Both the position numbers and the translations under genes were made by a program. DNA of 64,000 bases from Candidatus Micrarchaeota archaeon (GTDB lineage: Archaea > Micrarchaeota > Micrarchaeia > Anstonellales > Bilamarchaeaceae). Below the pieces are notes generated by a model that was not told where the DNA came from, ran no database searches, and saw only the letters and a program-made list of their open reading frames with translations. The stretch spans positions 977-64,976 of the forward strand of contig JAFGPA010000001.1 in NCBI GenBank assembly GCA_016926175.1. Reading direction: 5' to 3'. Below are positions 38,412 through 48,030 of this stretch, in pieces; positions within the stretch are counted from its first letter, which is position 1; the number at the start of each line of letters is the position of its first letter.

Positions 38412-39351
38412 CTCCGAACACTGCTTCAAGCCCGATGAAGATGAAAACAAGGTTCTGCTCAGTTATTCCGTTGGAAAGTTTCATTATGAGTTGTGCAAAT
38501 CCACGGACCTTATTGTCAACCGGATAAAGCTTTCCGTCCCTGTTTTCGCCCCACCATTTTGTGCTTGGAAAACGGTTGCAGAGCTTTATGAAGAAATCAA
38601 TTACATAAGGGATTATCAGTATTGCACCTGCAGTTTCAATATTGCCGATCACTACGGCACTCGCAAGAGCAACCCCTATTGTCAGGTTGCCGACATCCCC
38701 CGGGAATAGCTTTGCAGGATATTTGTTGAAGAACAGAAATGCAAGAAGGGAAAACAGCATGGAAACTGATATTATGGAAATCTCAATAGAAGATTTGCTT
38801 ATGCCAATCAAAAGCAGTACTGCAAATATTATTGCTCCCATGCCTGCTTCCATACCATTGAAGCCGGCAAGCATGTTGGTGAGGTTGGATGCTACGGCAA
38901 TCCCGACAGGTATAAGTACCAGGACATAAATGATGCCGAAATCAATTACTCCGAGAAACGGTATGCTCATCGTGGTATATCCGACGTTTATTGCCACAAG
39001 CGGTATTGCAGCAAACAATGGCACTGTGGCCTTCAGCCACTGCGGCATGTCCAGAAGATCGTCAATGATGCCTATAAGCGCTATGATGAAAATTGTAATT
39101 ACTGCGGCAAGTATGTGGGTGAGGTCAAAATCCAGCCCTAAAAATGAATGGAAAAAGATTGCAAGCAGCATTCCTGCGCTGAATCCTGCAACTATTGCAA
39201 TGCCGCCCATTTCGGCAACTTCCGGCCTTCCGGTCTTGTTTACATCATTGCCGGTTATCCCGGCACTTTTAAGTCTGGGTATGAGGACCTTTGCCAGGAG
39301 GTATGTGACAAAAAAAGCAACAATTCCAGATGCAACATAATATTCTATCAT
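38386..39351 (-). CDS. Polyprenyl-phosphate GlcNAc-1-phosphate transferase (AglH/GPT, MraY-like)
   Basis: EMGGI, GIIDD, NMLAGFNGMEAG and PAKLFPGDVG motifs. Confidence 0.9.
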   Translation of the reverse strand: MIEYYVASGIVAFFVTYLLAKVLIPRLKSAGITGNDVNKTGRPEVAEMGGIAIVAGFSAGMLLAIFFHSFLGLDFDLTHILAAVITIFIIALIGIIDDLLDMPQWLKATVPLFAAIPLVAINVGYTTMSIPFLGVIDFGIIYVLVLIPVGIAVASNLTNMLAGFNGMEAGMGAIIFAVLLLIGISKSSIEISIISVSMLFSLLAFLFFNKYPAKLFPGDVGNLTIGVALASAVVIGNIETAGAILIIPYVIDFFIKLCNRFPSTKWWGENRDGKLYPVDNKVRGFAQLIMKLSNGITEQNLVFIFIGLEAVFGAIALILFF

Positions 39352-40559
39352 TTCATTCCCTCAAGAATCTTTTTTGCATAATTCACGTCAAACTGTTTTT
39401 CATTCGCCAGTATTTTGGCTACTTCGTCCACCTGCTTTCCCTTTGCTCCTGCCTGGGATGCAATTGTTCTTGCATGGAGCTTCATATGCCCTTTTTGTAT
39501 CCCTACTGTTCCCAGTGCAGATAATGCTGCGAAGTTATTTGCAAGGCCAACACATGCCATGAGCATGGCAAGCTCCCCAGAGCTCTTTATCCCGGCAATT
39601 TTCATTGCAATTTTTGCAGTCGGGCTGCTGTTTACTGCAGGCCCTACTGTTGCAACCGCCAGTGGAAGTTCAATAGCTCCTACCAGGTTTCCGTCTTTTT
39701 TGTAATAATCCGTCAGTGGTTTATATCCATTCATTGCCGCATATGCATGCGCGCCTGCTTCTACTGATCTCCAGTCATTGCCAGTTGCAACTGCAACAGC
39801 ATCAATTCCATTCATTATCCCCTTGTTATGTGTGGCCGCCCTGTAAATGTCAAGCTTTGCAAATTTTATGCCCCTTAAAACCGCCTCAATAACCTGCTCT
39901 CCAACAACCTCTTTTTTCCAGACAGCTGTTGCCCTTGCCTTTCTTTCAGTTGCAAGGTTGCTTATTATTTTCATGGCTGCAGTTCCGCCTGTTTTTTCCT
40001 CGATGAGCGGAGCAATGCCTTCCAGAGCGCTATTCACCATGTTTGCTCCCTGGGCCTCACCAACATTTACATGGAAATTGATGACCACCATGTCATCAAT
40101 GATTTTCGGCCTGAATTCAATTACACCGCATCCATACTCTTCAAGATGTTTCATTTTCTCCTTTGCCAGAGCCATTATCCCTTCTCTGTTTTCTTCAATT
40201 TTTTTCACTGCATCCGCAGGTTCAATACCAGCCAAAAGCATCTGGCCTATCATAACCGGGCTATCAGCATCTGCAGTAAATCCTTCCGGCAGTGTTTGCT
40301 TTGCAGCTTTTGCCGCAGCAGCAACCACAGAAGCTTCTTCAACTGCCATTGGAGCCACATATTCCTTTCCGTTTATGATGAAATTAGGGGCAATGCCAAG
40401 CGGAATATGTATTGTGCCTATGACATTTTCTATCATCTTGTCGGCATGCTCCATCGAAAGTGCGCCTGAATCCGTTATGGTTTTCTTTTCCCCATCACTT
40501 ATTTCAATTTTCTTCAATCTCTCTTCAATGGAAAGTTTGTAGAATCCCGAATATTTCAT
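39348..40559 (-). CDS. mvaA: HMG-CoA reductase, class II
   Basis: MIENVIG, PMAVEEASVVAA, RAATHNKGIMNG, TGNDWR and GIQKGHMKLH motifs. Confidence 0.92.
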   Translation of the reverse strand: MKYSGFYKLSIEERLKKIEISDGEKKTITDSGALSMEHADKMIENVIGTIHIPLGIAPNFIINGKEYVAPMAVEEASVVAAAAKAAKQTLPEGFTADADSPVMIGQMLLAGIEPADAVKKIEENREGIMALAKEKMKHLEEYGCGVIEFRPKIIDDMVVINFHVNVGEAQGANMVNSALEGIAPLIEEKTGGTAAMKIISNLATERKARATAVWKKEVVGEQVIEAVLRGIKFAKLDIYRAATHNKGIMNGIDAVAVATGNDWRSVEAGAHAYAAMNGYKPLTDYYKKDGNLVGAIELPLAVATVGPAVNSSPTAKIAMKIAGIKSSGELAMLMACVGLANNFAALSALGTVGIQKGHMKLHARTIASQAGAKGKQVDEVAKILANEKQFDVNYAKKILEGMK

Positions 40560-40563
40560 TGTT

Positions 40564-41013
40564 TCACCTGTAGTTGTTTTCTAGCTTTTCAAAAGCCCTG
40601 TCTATGTTTGAAAATGCGTCCTCTGTTTTTCTGGTGTATATTCTTCTAAAAATCTCCTTGAGTTTTCCTTCTCCGTCCCCAAGATGGTACCTGCCTTTTC
40701 TTCTTGCTATGATTCCGCATTCCTTTAGTTTTTGCAAATGGTAGTAAATTGCCTTGGGATTCTGCTTCTTTTTGGTTGTCGTTTCCAGCCTTGCTATTAT
40801 GTCCTTGGTTGTCGGGTTATCTCCCTTTACATGGAATTCAAATATCACATCAAGAAGGTCCAGCATCAGCATCCTGCTCTCATTGGGAAGCACCATGCCG
40901 AGTGAGAGCGCAATCCATCTTATGAGGGATTTTTTTGCAAGAAGCACATCATCCGGAAGGCCAAGTTCCCTGAGAGTCAGTTCAGACCTGATAAGCCGAG
41001 ATTCTGGAATCAT
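40564..41013 (-). CDS. wHTH putative transcriptional regulator
   Basis: RWIALSLG...NESR and IYYHLQKL..CGII...GRY. Confidence 0.65.
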   Translation of the reverse strand: MIPESRLIRSELTLRELGLPDDVLLAKKSLIRWIALSLGMVLPNESRMLMLDLLDVIFEFHVKGDNPTTKDIIARLETTTKKKQNPKAIYYHLQKLKECGIIARRKGRYHLGDGEGKLKEIFRRIYTRKTEDAFSNIDRAFEKLENNYR

Positions 41014-41073
41014 ATTGGAATTTCCATCATAAACATTTTAATACTAGTTGCGAAAATCTGTACGGTGTAAAAA

Positions 41074-41445
41074 GTGATAAATCTTAGAATCAGAAGTCAT
41101 CCAGAGGTGCTTTTTGGCTATTCAAATAATTATGTGGAGATGATCCTGAGGGTTGAGAATGAAGGAGAGCATCCAATGTGGGTTGAAGCAGATATTTCTG
41201 TTCCGGAAAATCTTTCCCTTGCCCCAAATGCCGAAATCAAAAAAGGAAGGATCCGGGTTGGTATAGTTGGCAACAAAGAATTTCTTGAAAAGGCCGTGAG
41301 GGTTTATGCAGACAGTTACACTTCCCCCCAGGTTTACAAAAGCGACATAACTATCTATGTGTTCAATAAAGACGGTATAATTGAAAGCAGAATGGAAAAA
41401 TCAACAAATCTCAGGTGTGAAATTAAAAAAGAAGAAAGCCTTTAG
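41074..41445 (+). CDS. Hypothetical beta-sandwich-like protein
   Basis: 123-aa ORF with a GTG start after a TATA-like element. Confidence 0.6.
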   Translation: MINLRIRSHPEVLFGYSNNYVEMILRVENEGEHPMWVEADISVPENLSLAPNAEIKKGRIRVGIVGNKEFLEKAVRVYADSYTSPQVYKSDITIYVFNKDGIIESRMEKSTNLRCEIKKEESL

Positions 41446-42272
41446 TTGCCAGGGCGCACTGAAATGCTGCTTACATTTCCAGGTTCCCTTACGTTTACGA
41501 GATGGGTATCTTCGCCGATCCTGAGTTCAAGATGATCCCCCCTTTCATATATGCTTATTCTTCCGGAGGATTCATGGACATAGGCAAATTTCTTTAAAAC
41601 TATCTCTTCACCCTGCATTGTAACTGCCAAAAGGAAATTGTCTCTTGCCGGAGCATTCTGGACTATGAAAAGAATACTTTTGTGAACCCCCATTTTTTTC
41701 GTTCCTGAATTCATGGAATCGATCCTGTATCCAAGTATGTTCTCAGGGTCATTAAGATCGGTGTACCACAATTCGTTGTTTCTTGTAATGATATACACAT
41801 TATTTCCATCTACTTTTCCTGAAGCAATGCCTTTTGCTGCGGCTTTTCCGAGGTCCTGCCTGAGTGATGTTTCTATGTCAGTTGCCCCTTCCCTTAATGA
41901 ATCACAGCCCGGTATGGTGACTATCTTCTTTGTTGTCAAAACAACTGTTCTTTTTTCGGAACATGAAATGTCAAGAGGTTTTTCATTTCCCTGGTATGCC
42001 GGGGCAAGCAGCCTCATCTCATATCTTTTTTTGTTGGCAGAATAAACTATTGTATTCTGGTCCAGAAGTGAACAGCTGCCTTTTTTCCATTTTGCCGAAA
42101 TTTCCGGCTTTTTTACAGCCTGCTTTCTTACTGATTCTGCTGCCGGAGGCATTTTCCTTACTTCTTCGTAGAGATCTCTTTTTTGCTGTATCGAGCAGGC
42201 ATTTTCTGTGTAAAGTGAAGCGGCTCCAAATGCAATGATCCCCATTACATGTGCCATTTTTCTGAATCGCAT
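41442..42272 (-). CDS. Hypothetical exported protein
   Basis: Basic then hydrophobic N-terminus, followed by a beta-rich body. Confidence 0.6.
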   Translation of the reverse strand: MRFRKMAHVMGIIAFGAASLYTENACSIQQKRDLYEEVRKMPPAAESVRKQAVKKPEISAKWKKGSCSLLDQNTIVYSANKKRYEMRLLAPAYQGNEKPLDISCSEKRTVVLTTKKIVTIPGCDSLREGATDIETSLRQDLGKAAAKGIASGKVDGNNVYIITRNNELWYTDLNDPENILGYRIDSMNSGTKKMGVHKSILFIVQNAPARDNFLLAVTMQGEEIVLKKFAYVHESSGRISIYERGDHLELRIGEDTHLVNVREPGNVSSISVRPGN

Positions 42273-42332
42273 ACACACTAATTTGCATAGTAATATTTAA
42301 AAAAGGAAGTGTTAGTATGTAATTATTTGTGT

Positions 42333-45014
42333 TTATAAAGACCTTTTCTTTGGTTCCGATGCCCTTGTTGCAACAGTTCCCCCCTCACCGGATTTTTTCC
42401 TCAGGCTTGCTTGCTCTATGCCCCTTTGGATGTAGTCAGCCACTGCTGCATTTCCGTCCACTATAAACTTTCCCTCTGCACGCACTATGATTATGCCGTG
42501 CTTTCTGAGTTTTTCCTCAAGAATTCCATAAACAGACTGTTGGTTGCTTGAAAGTTTATTATTGATTTTTTCAGCTTCTTCAGGCGTTAATCTTATTTCT
42601 ACAGTTATTCTCTCAGTCTCTGAAGTGAATGAAAGAAGATATGGAGTTGCTGTCCTGATCTCGATGCTCCCTCCTTTTTTTGGCTTTTGGGGCGCCTTTC
42701 TTCCTGTTATTTCTGGCATTGGCAGTGATGTTCTCATTCTTTTAACTATATCTGCAGTGCCGCCGCTGGTGGATATGCTTGCTGTTCCTTTTATTGTAAA
42801 TCCGCCCGTAACCCCGCTGGTAAGCATGGAACCCATTATCCCCAGCCTGATCCTGCTGTCATTTTCTTTTGTGTTTCCATGTATTACTACTCCGCCAGGA
42901 TATCTTTTCCAGAATTCGTAGCTTGCCTTCGCATAGCCGTCTGCCGGAATATATATGTTTGTTTTTCCCCTGTGTCTTTCAAGAAATGCCTTTCTTCTTT
43001 CAGGGTGAGAAAGAACTGCACGGATGTACATGTTGAATTTGCTTGGATTCTCGTTGTATACCCTTAGCTCTTCTGCCGTCGGCTGGAATGAAAATACAAA
43101 CCTGTCAAACTCTATTCTCTCTGATTTGTTTGGCCCGATTTTGATATAATGCTCGATCCGGCCTGTTTCCATTGCAATTGCAATGTTTGTTGTTTTTGCT
43201 GCCTTCTCTGTTGCCGCTATTCTTGTTTCTCCGCCTTCAATATACTGGCCTTCAACTTCCCTGGGCATCCCCCAGAGAGCTACGTGCTGCAAACCCTCCT
43301 TTTTCCCTGGTTTTGGAAAAAGGCTGAATTTTGTTGCAGGGCTTTCAATTGCCCTGGTAAGGCTGGTCATTTCCGCCTTTGACATCTTTCCATCTTCACT
43401 GTATGTTTCGCCTGCCCGTGCCTTTTGCAGCAGGATCTGCCGGGGCATCTTCCTGAATTCTTTTGCCTCTTTTGCATTCATGGACATATAAAGGTTTACT
43501 GTCCCGGTTCCAACCTGCACCGCAACCATGTAATAGGATGTGCCGGGTTCCTCCTGTTTCCTGAACCTGAATGTTTTTCTCATTTGTTCCTTCTGCTCAG
43601 GCAGTGTTATGTCCCGTCCGTCTTTCTGGCTTGAGGTTTTTGCGGTTCCATAGACTGTGAATCCGCTTGGGAAGCTTTCTCCATGTGTGCTGTAGTAATC
43701 CCCGACAAGATATCGAACGACCATTTTATCATTAATCTCAATTCCATCTGAAAGATAGGGTTTCAGTTTTTTTGGAGTCATAAGGCCAACTGGCGGTATG
43801 TAAAGCGTCATCTGGTTATCGTCCTGGTGAATTTCCATGAAAGCCTTTCTTTGTTCAGGATCTTCAAGGATGGCCTGCATTACCATTGTGAATGCCTTTG
43901 GATCATCATTATATGCTTTCAGCTCTTCTTCTGTCGGCGTAAAATTAAATACTACATTCTGGTATGTGAATGAACCCCCCAGAGTCTCCGGACTTTTTTC
44001 TGCTTCAGGATGTTTCATTTTTACCGGCCTGTTCAGCCTCAGTGCAATGGAAATCGTCGTTTCCTTTTTCTCTCTTTCTGACGCTGCAACCCTGGTTTCC
44101 CCGCCTTCAATTATATCGCTTGGAGCAACACTTGCAATTCCCTGTTCCAATACCCTGTTTAATTCTGCCGTGCCCTTTTCACCGGTTTTACCATTAACTG
44201 TTGCAGTCCCCTGTTCCATCAGATCATAAACAATTTTATACAGTTTATCGTTTTCTTTTGGATCTAAAGCTGCCGTTTCCACATGGGAGATCTGCTCAAT
44301 TGTAAATCTGCCTGAAACAGTGATTTTTTCGCCGTTTTCAGTTGTTATCGCGAACTGGTATCTGAATGTCTCGTCTGTTTGTTCAGGACCGACAACCCTT
44401 GCCGCTATCCGGTCAAGTTCATTTTCTCTTCTTTCTGCAATTGTTTCGCGCACTGCTTCGCCGCCCTTTCTTGGAATAAAGCCATCACCTGTCATTTCCA
44501 ATTTTTCCGGATTTATTTTTACCCTTGTTATGCCTGCGTGGCTTGCAATCTGATGCCCGACAATTTCAGATGCGCTTTCACCCTGCCAGGTAAATGCCTC
44601 TCTTCTTTCCGGTGCTGCTTTCTCAGATAATATATACTGTTTTTTATTGCTGCTTGAAGAATTGAATTCTTCAAGTTCCTTGTCTGTGAATGTAATGTAA
44701 ACCGTTTCAACCTGCCTTCCTGCATGAATTTCGACTGCATACCAGTTTCTCATCTGGTAATCCATTGCAGCAGTGCTTTCCGATCCTGTTGGTCCGCCAG
44801 CTCTTTCATGCTGTTTTTTCTCTGCCTGCTCATATGCGCTCTGCAGGCTGCCAAGTATTTCACGTACCATCACCCTGTCTGTAGTATGCTTTTTTACTGC
44901 ATTCTCCACTATTCTGCTTACTATATCATCGGCTATTGCAAGGCTTCTTCCCTGGAAAAAACTTTCCACAGTCTGTCCGGCCAGCTTTTCTCTTTCCGTT
45001 TTTTGTGCACACAT
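42333..45014 (-). CDS. Large hypothetical protein with an internal ~290-aa duplication
   Basis: IEGGETR(V/I)AA and F.F.PT.EEL..YN..P..F...PE.RKAF each occur twice. Confidence 0.8.
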   Translation of the reverse strand: MCAQKTEREKLAGQTVESFFQGRSLAIADDIVSRIVENAVKKHTTDRVMVREILGSLQSAYEQAEKKQHERAGGPTGSESTAAMDYQMRNWYAVEIHAGRQVETVYITFTDKELEEFNSSSSNKKQYILSEKAAPERREAFTWQGESASEIVGHQIASHAGITRVKINPEKLEMTGDGFIPRKGGEAVRETIAERRENELDRIAARVVGPEQTDETFRYQFAITTENGEKITVSGRFTIEQISHVETAALDPKENDKLYKIVYDLMEQGTATVNGKTGEKGTAELNRVLEQGIASVAPSDIIEGGETRVAASEREKKETTISIALRLNRPVKMKHPEAEKSPETLGGSFTYQNVVFNFTPTEEELKAYNDDPKAFTMVMQAILEDPEQRKAFMEIHQDDNQMTLYIPPVGLMTPKKLKPYLSDGIEINDKMVVRYLVGDYYSTHGESFPSGFTVYGTAKTSSQKDGRDITLPEQKEQMRKTFRFRKQEEPGTSYYMVAVQVGTGTVNLYMSMNAKEAKEFRKMPRQILLQKARAGETYSEDGKMSKAEMTSLTRAIESPATKFSLFPKPGKKEGLQHVALWGMPREVEGQYIEGGETRIAATEKAAKTTNIAIAMETGRIEHYIKIGPNKSERIEFDRFVFSFQPTAEELRVYNENPSKFNMYIRAVLSHPERRKAFLERHRGKTNIYIPADGYAKASYEFWKRYPGGVVIHGNTKENDSRIRLGIMGSMLTSGVTGGFTIKGTASISTSGGTADIVKRMRTSLPMPEITGRKAPQKPKKGGSIEIRTATPYLLSFTSETERITVEIRLTPEEAEKINNKLSSNQQSVYGILEEKLRKHGIIIVRAEGKFIVDGNAAVADYIQRGIEQASLRKKSGEGGTVATRASEPKKRSL

Positions 45015-45073
45015 TGGAATCCCGAAAAAAAATCCTAGCTAAACATTATAAATGAATGCAGAGAGATTTTCCC

Positions 45074-45541
45074 ATGGCACTCAGCAAAAGGGCATACATA
45101 AAGCAAATCAGCATTTACCTTGAGAACAAAGAATACGAAAAATCCTATCCGCTGGCCAGGGAAATGAATGAGAATTTTCCCGAAGATACCATGACGCATT
45201 ATCTTATGGCGTCCTCTGCTTTCTGGGCAGGGAAATACGAAGAGTCAATTGAGCATGGAAGAAAGGCATTCAACATGGTAAAAAGCAAAGAGGACCTGAT
45301 AGCATGCGCCCTCATAACAAGCTCCTCCTACTATGAGCTGAAACAGTATTCTGAAGGGTTCAGGATGCTAAAGGCGGTGGAAAAGCTGAAGTACAGTGAA
45401 GATATAGAAACTATGATGTTTGTATTTTCCCTGGCGCTGAAGGATGAAAAAGAAGCAATGAAGCATGCCAAAAATCTTCAGGTGCTCAATGCAAAACTGG
45501 CAGAAAAACTGCTGAAGAAATTTCTAAAATCTTCTGACTGA
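45074..45541 (+). CDS. TPR-like protein
   Basis: Y.KSY.LA, GKYEESIEHGRKAF and YYELKQYSEG helical repeats. Confidence 0.7.
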   Translation: MALSKRAYIKQISIYLENKEYEKSYPLAREMNENFPEDTMTHYLMASSAFWAGKYEESIEHGRKAFNMVKSKEDLIACALITSSSYYELKQYSEGFRMLKAVEKLKYSEDIETMMFVFSLALKDEKEAMKHAKNLQVLNAKLAEKLLKKFLKSSD

Positions 45542-45880
45542 TGAGAATTTTTTCAAAAACTCCATTTTCTCACATTCGTTTACCGGAAGATTTTTGTGCG
45601 GAACTGCCATTTCAGGGGGTCCCAGGGTTTTTTTCTCAGCCCATTCGAGCCTGAATCTTCTTTTGAATAGCTCCTCATCGTTCATTTCCTGGAATTCTGC
45701 AAGTTTGGATGCAAGATCCTGAGGATCTGAACCTTCAACGCTTCGTGATTGCCCGCCCTGTTCATCTGCTATAAATGCAATCTGCTCAGTCATGGCGGAT
45801 ATTCTTTTGAAAATTCTCATCCTTACAGGATTTCTTTTCACTCTTACCTGTGGGCTTAGCATCTGTTTGTTGTATTTCAT
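45524..45880 (-). CDS. Hypothetical protein
   Basis: Start placed at MKYNKQ, just after the stop of the hydrolase gene. Confidence 0.5.
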   Translation of the reverse strand: MKYNKQMLSPQVRVKRNPVRMRIFKRISAMTEQIAFIADEQGGQSRSVEGSDPQDLASKLAEFQEMNDEELFKRRFRLEWAEKKTLGPPEMAVPHKNLPVNECEKMEFLKKFSSVRRF

Positions 45881-45885
45881 AAATA

Positions 45886-46344
45886 TCACAGGAATTTTAC
45901 CTGTCTGTCTGCAATTAAATGAGAAACGTAGCCTGCAAAACCTGCAAGGGCAAAAGTCTGCCCGACAATGATGTTCAGGCCTATGGCATAAACCAGCCCA
46001 AGAAAAATGGTGTGGGTTATCCCTCTGTGTTTTGGCTTCAGGAGCATGAAAATGACAAAGTAAAGTCCAACAAGAACGAGGAACATCGTTATCATGCTTA
46101 TAGTCGGGATGCAAATGCCTGTTCCACACCCTGAAACATATGCTATGATCATTGCAAACGGGATAAAGCTTATGTCAAGGAGCTTTCTTCCTTTGCTTGT
46201 TTCCAGGTCAAGGTCAGGCAGAAGGGCACTGAAAGCTCCGAACAGCGCCACCACTGCAAGTGTGGCCAGACCGGCTGTTTCAAGAATATAAATAAGGACT
46301 ACGGCTGCCAGGGCGCCAATGACAAAATGAGCCTTCCATTTCAT
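45886..46344 (-). CDS. Membrane metal-dependent hydrolase (YdjM-like)
   Basis: H, LLPDLD, HRGITH and GYVSHLIAD motifs. Confidence 0.88.
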   Translation of the reverse strand: MKWKAHFVIGALAAVVLIYILETAGLATLAVVALFGAFSALLPDLDLETSKGRKLLDISFIPFAMIIAYVSGCGTGICIPTISMITMFLVLVGLYFVIFMLLKPKHRGITHTIFLGLVYAIGLNIIVGQTFALAGFAGYVSHLIADRQVKFL

Positions 46345-46367
46345 AAAATAAAAATAAAGAGAAAAGA

Positions 46368-47195
46368 TTAATTAAGTTCGTAGCCAACAGAAACCGTTGC
46401 TGAAACCTCTACTTCGCCGCTGGCAAGCTTTGTAGGTGCCGGTGCGGATCCTGCTTCCATTGCGTAGTCATAGGATCTGTATGCGTTTACGGGATAGTAT
46501 ACTGATTCACTTGCACGAACCACCTTTCCAAGCGTTGCCCCAACTCCTTCTGCTATTGCCCTGGCCTTTGCTTCAGCTTCCATGCCGGCCTGCTTCAGCA
46601 GCTCTTTCTGAAGGTTCATCCTTGTTTCTTCCTGCAGGGTGAAGTAGACTGAGTCCACAAAAACTTCATTTTCACCAAATGCACTTACAGAATCAATAAC
46701 TTCTCCTCCTTTGTCAAGGTCAGTTATCCTTACTTCAAGCCTGTGCAGGGTCTTGTATCCCTTAATCTTCCATATGTAATTGCATCCGTAAACATCGCAT
46801 TCTCTTTCGCTTTCATATATCGGATCAACACTGTATGATATTGTTTTTACATCCGCATCGGAAAATCCAAGGTCCTTTAATTTCCGGATTACCTGGTCGC
46901 TTATTTCCGCATTGTTTTCCTGTGATGTCTTTGCAATTTTGTCCTTGGTTTCAACTGTCAGCTGTATTTTCAGCAGATCTGGAGTTGTGCTTTGTGTGGC
47001 AACCCCGCTTACCTGCAACAGATGCTCAGGCGGATTGCTTGAAACATAGACATTAGGGCTCGATGTGATGTCTGATACATTCAGCTTTGGAGCATAATCC
47101 ACTGTGGAAAGCAGGTATGCGCCAATAACTATTCCAAGTGCGATCAAAAATGCCGCACCCATAAACATTTTTTCGTTACAACATTCTTCCTTCAT
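46368..47195 (-). CDS. SIMPL (DUF541) domain protein
   Basis: VSG.A....PD, AEAKARAIA...G..LG and GEVEVSATVSVGY motifs. Confidence 0.88.
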   Translation of the reverse strand: MKEECCNEKMFMGAAFLIALGIVIGAYLLSTVDYAPKLNVSDITSSPNVYVSSNPPEHLLQVSGVATQSTTPDLLKIQLTVETKDKIAKTSQENNAEISDQVIRKLKDLGFSDADVKTISYSVDPIYESERECDVYGCNYIWKIKGYKTLHRLEVRITDLDKGGEVIDSVSAFGENEVFVDSVYFTLQEETRMNLQKELLKQAGMEAEAKARAIAEGVGATLGKVVRASESVYYPVNAYRSYDYAMEAGSAPAPTKLASGEVEVSATVSVGYELN

Positions 47196-47374
47196 ATTAT
47201 CACCAATTAGCTACTTGATGTTAATTATTAAAGAAATCTTTAATTTTTGCGGTTTTGGCCGAAATCTTACTTTTTTATATTTTCCTACAAATTATCATAA
47301 TTAGTGCCATGTACCCTATGAGCAGGACTGGAATTTCAGTATCAAGCCAAATCAGGTAAAAATCTGAAGAATTA

Positions 47375-47896
47375 TCATTCATTTCTTCTGAAGGTTCCCA
47401 GTGCGAACTCGGCACCCTCTCTTATTCTGGAATCAGAATTTGTTGCAAGCGCAAAAAGTTCGACAATGTCTCCGGTTGCCTTGTATATTGTTGCAAGCGC
47501 TCTTGAAGCAATGACTTTTTTCTCATCTTCACTGAGCGCTTCCTTTAGCCTCTGGGTTATCATATCCCTTACCTTCTCTTCATTGTTGACATTGGCATCT
47601 ACTCCGCAGAGGTGTTCAAAAGCTCCTCTTGTTGCAAGCTCCTCTACAGCATTGATCGCACGTGCAGATATGATCAGGTCATTGTCTTCAATGAGGGTTG
47701 CTATGTATCTCACATCATCACGGGATCTTTCTACATCTCCTGCTACTTTTGCAGGCCCATCTGTTATCAGTCTTTCTTTAATTGTTGTTTTTCTGTCTTT
47801 TTTACGTTCCAGAAGTGGCTCACTGGTGAATCTCATTTTTACTCTTATTGTTGGTTTATCGGTAACTGGCCGCCTACCTGCTACATGTCTCTCCAT
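47375..47896 (-). CDS. Hypothetical HEAT-repeat protein
   Basis: LSEDEKKV.ASRALATIY and DSRIREGAEFALG. Confidence 0.6.
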   Translation of the reverse strand: MERHVAGRRPVTDKPTIRVKMRFTSEPLLERKKDRKTTIKERLITDGPAKVAGDVERSRDDVRYIATLIEDNDLIISARAINAVEELATRGAFEHLCGVDANVNNEEKVRDMITQRLKEALSEDEKKVIASRALATIYKATGDIVELFALATNSDSRIREGAEFALGTFRRNE

Positions 47897-48030
47897 ATAT
47901 TACAATTATACGTGGAAGTATTTATAAATCCATTCTTTTCCATTTTTAATGACAATAAGGCCATTATATTTCTAACACGGCCTCCTATTTTTAATAACTT
48001 TTGTTTTAACTATGCTGCATGGGCAGTTCT

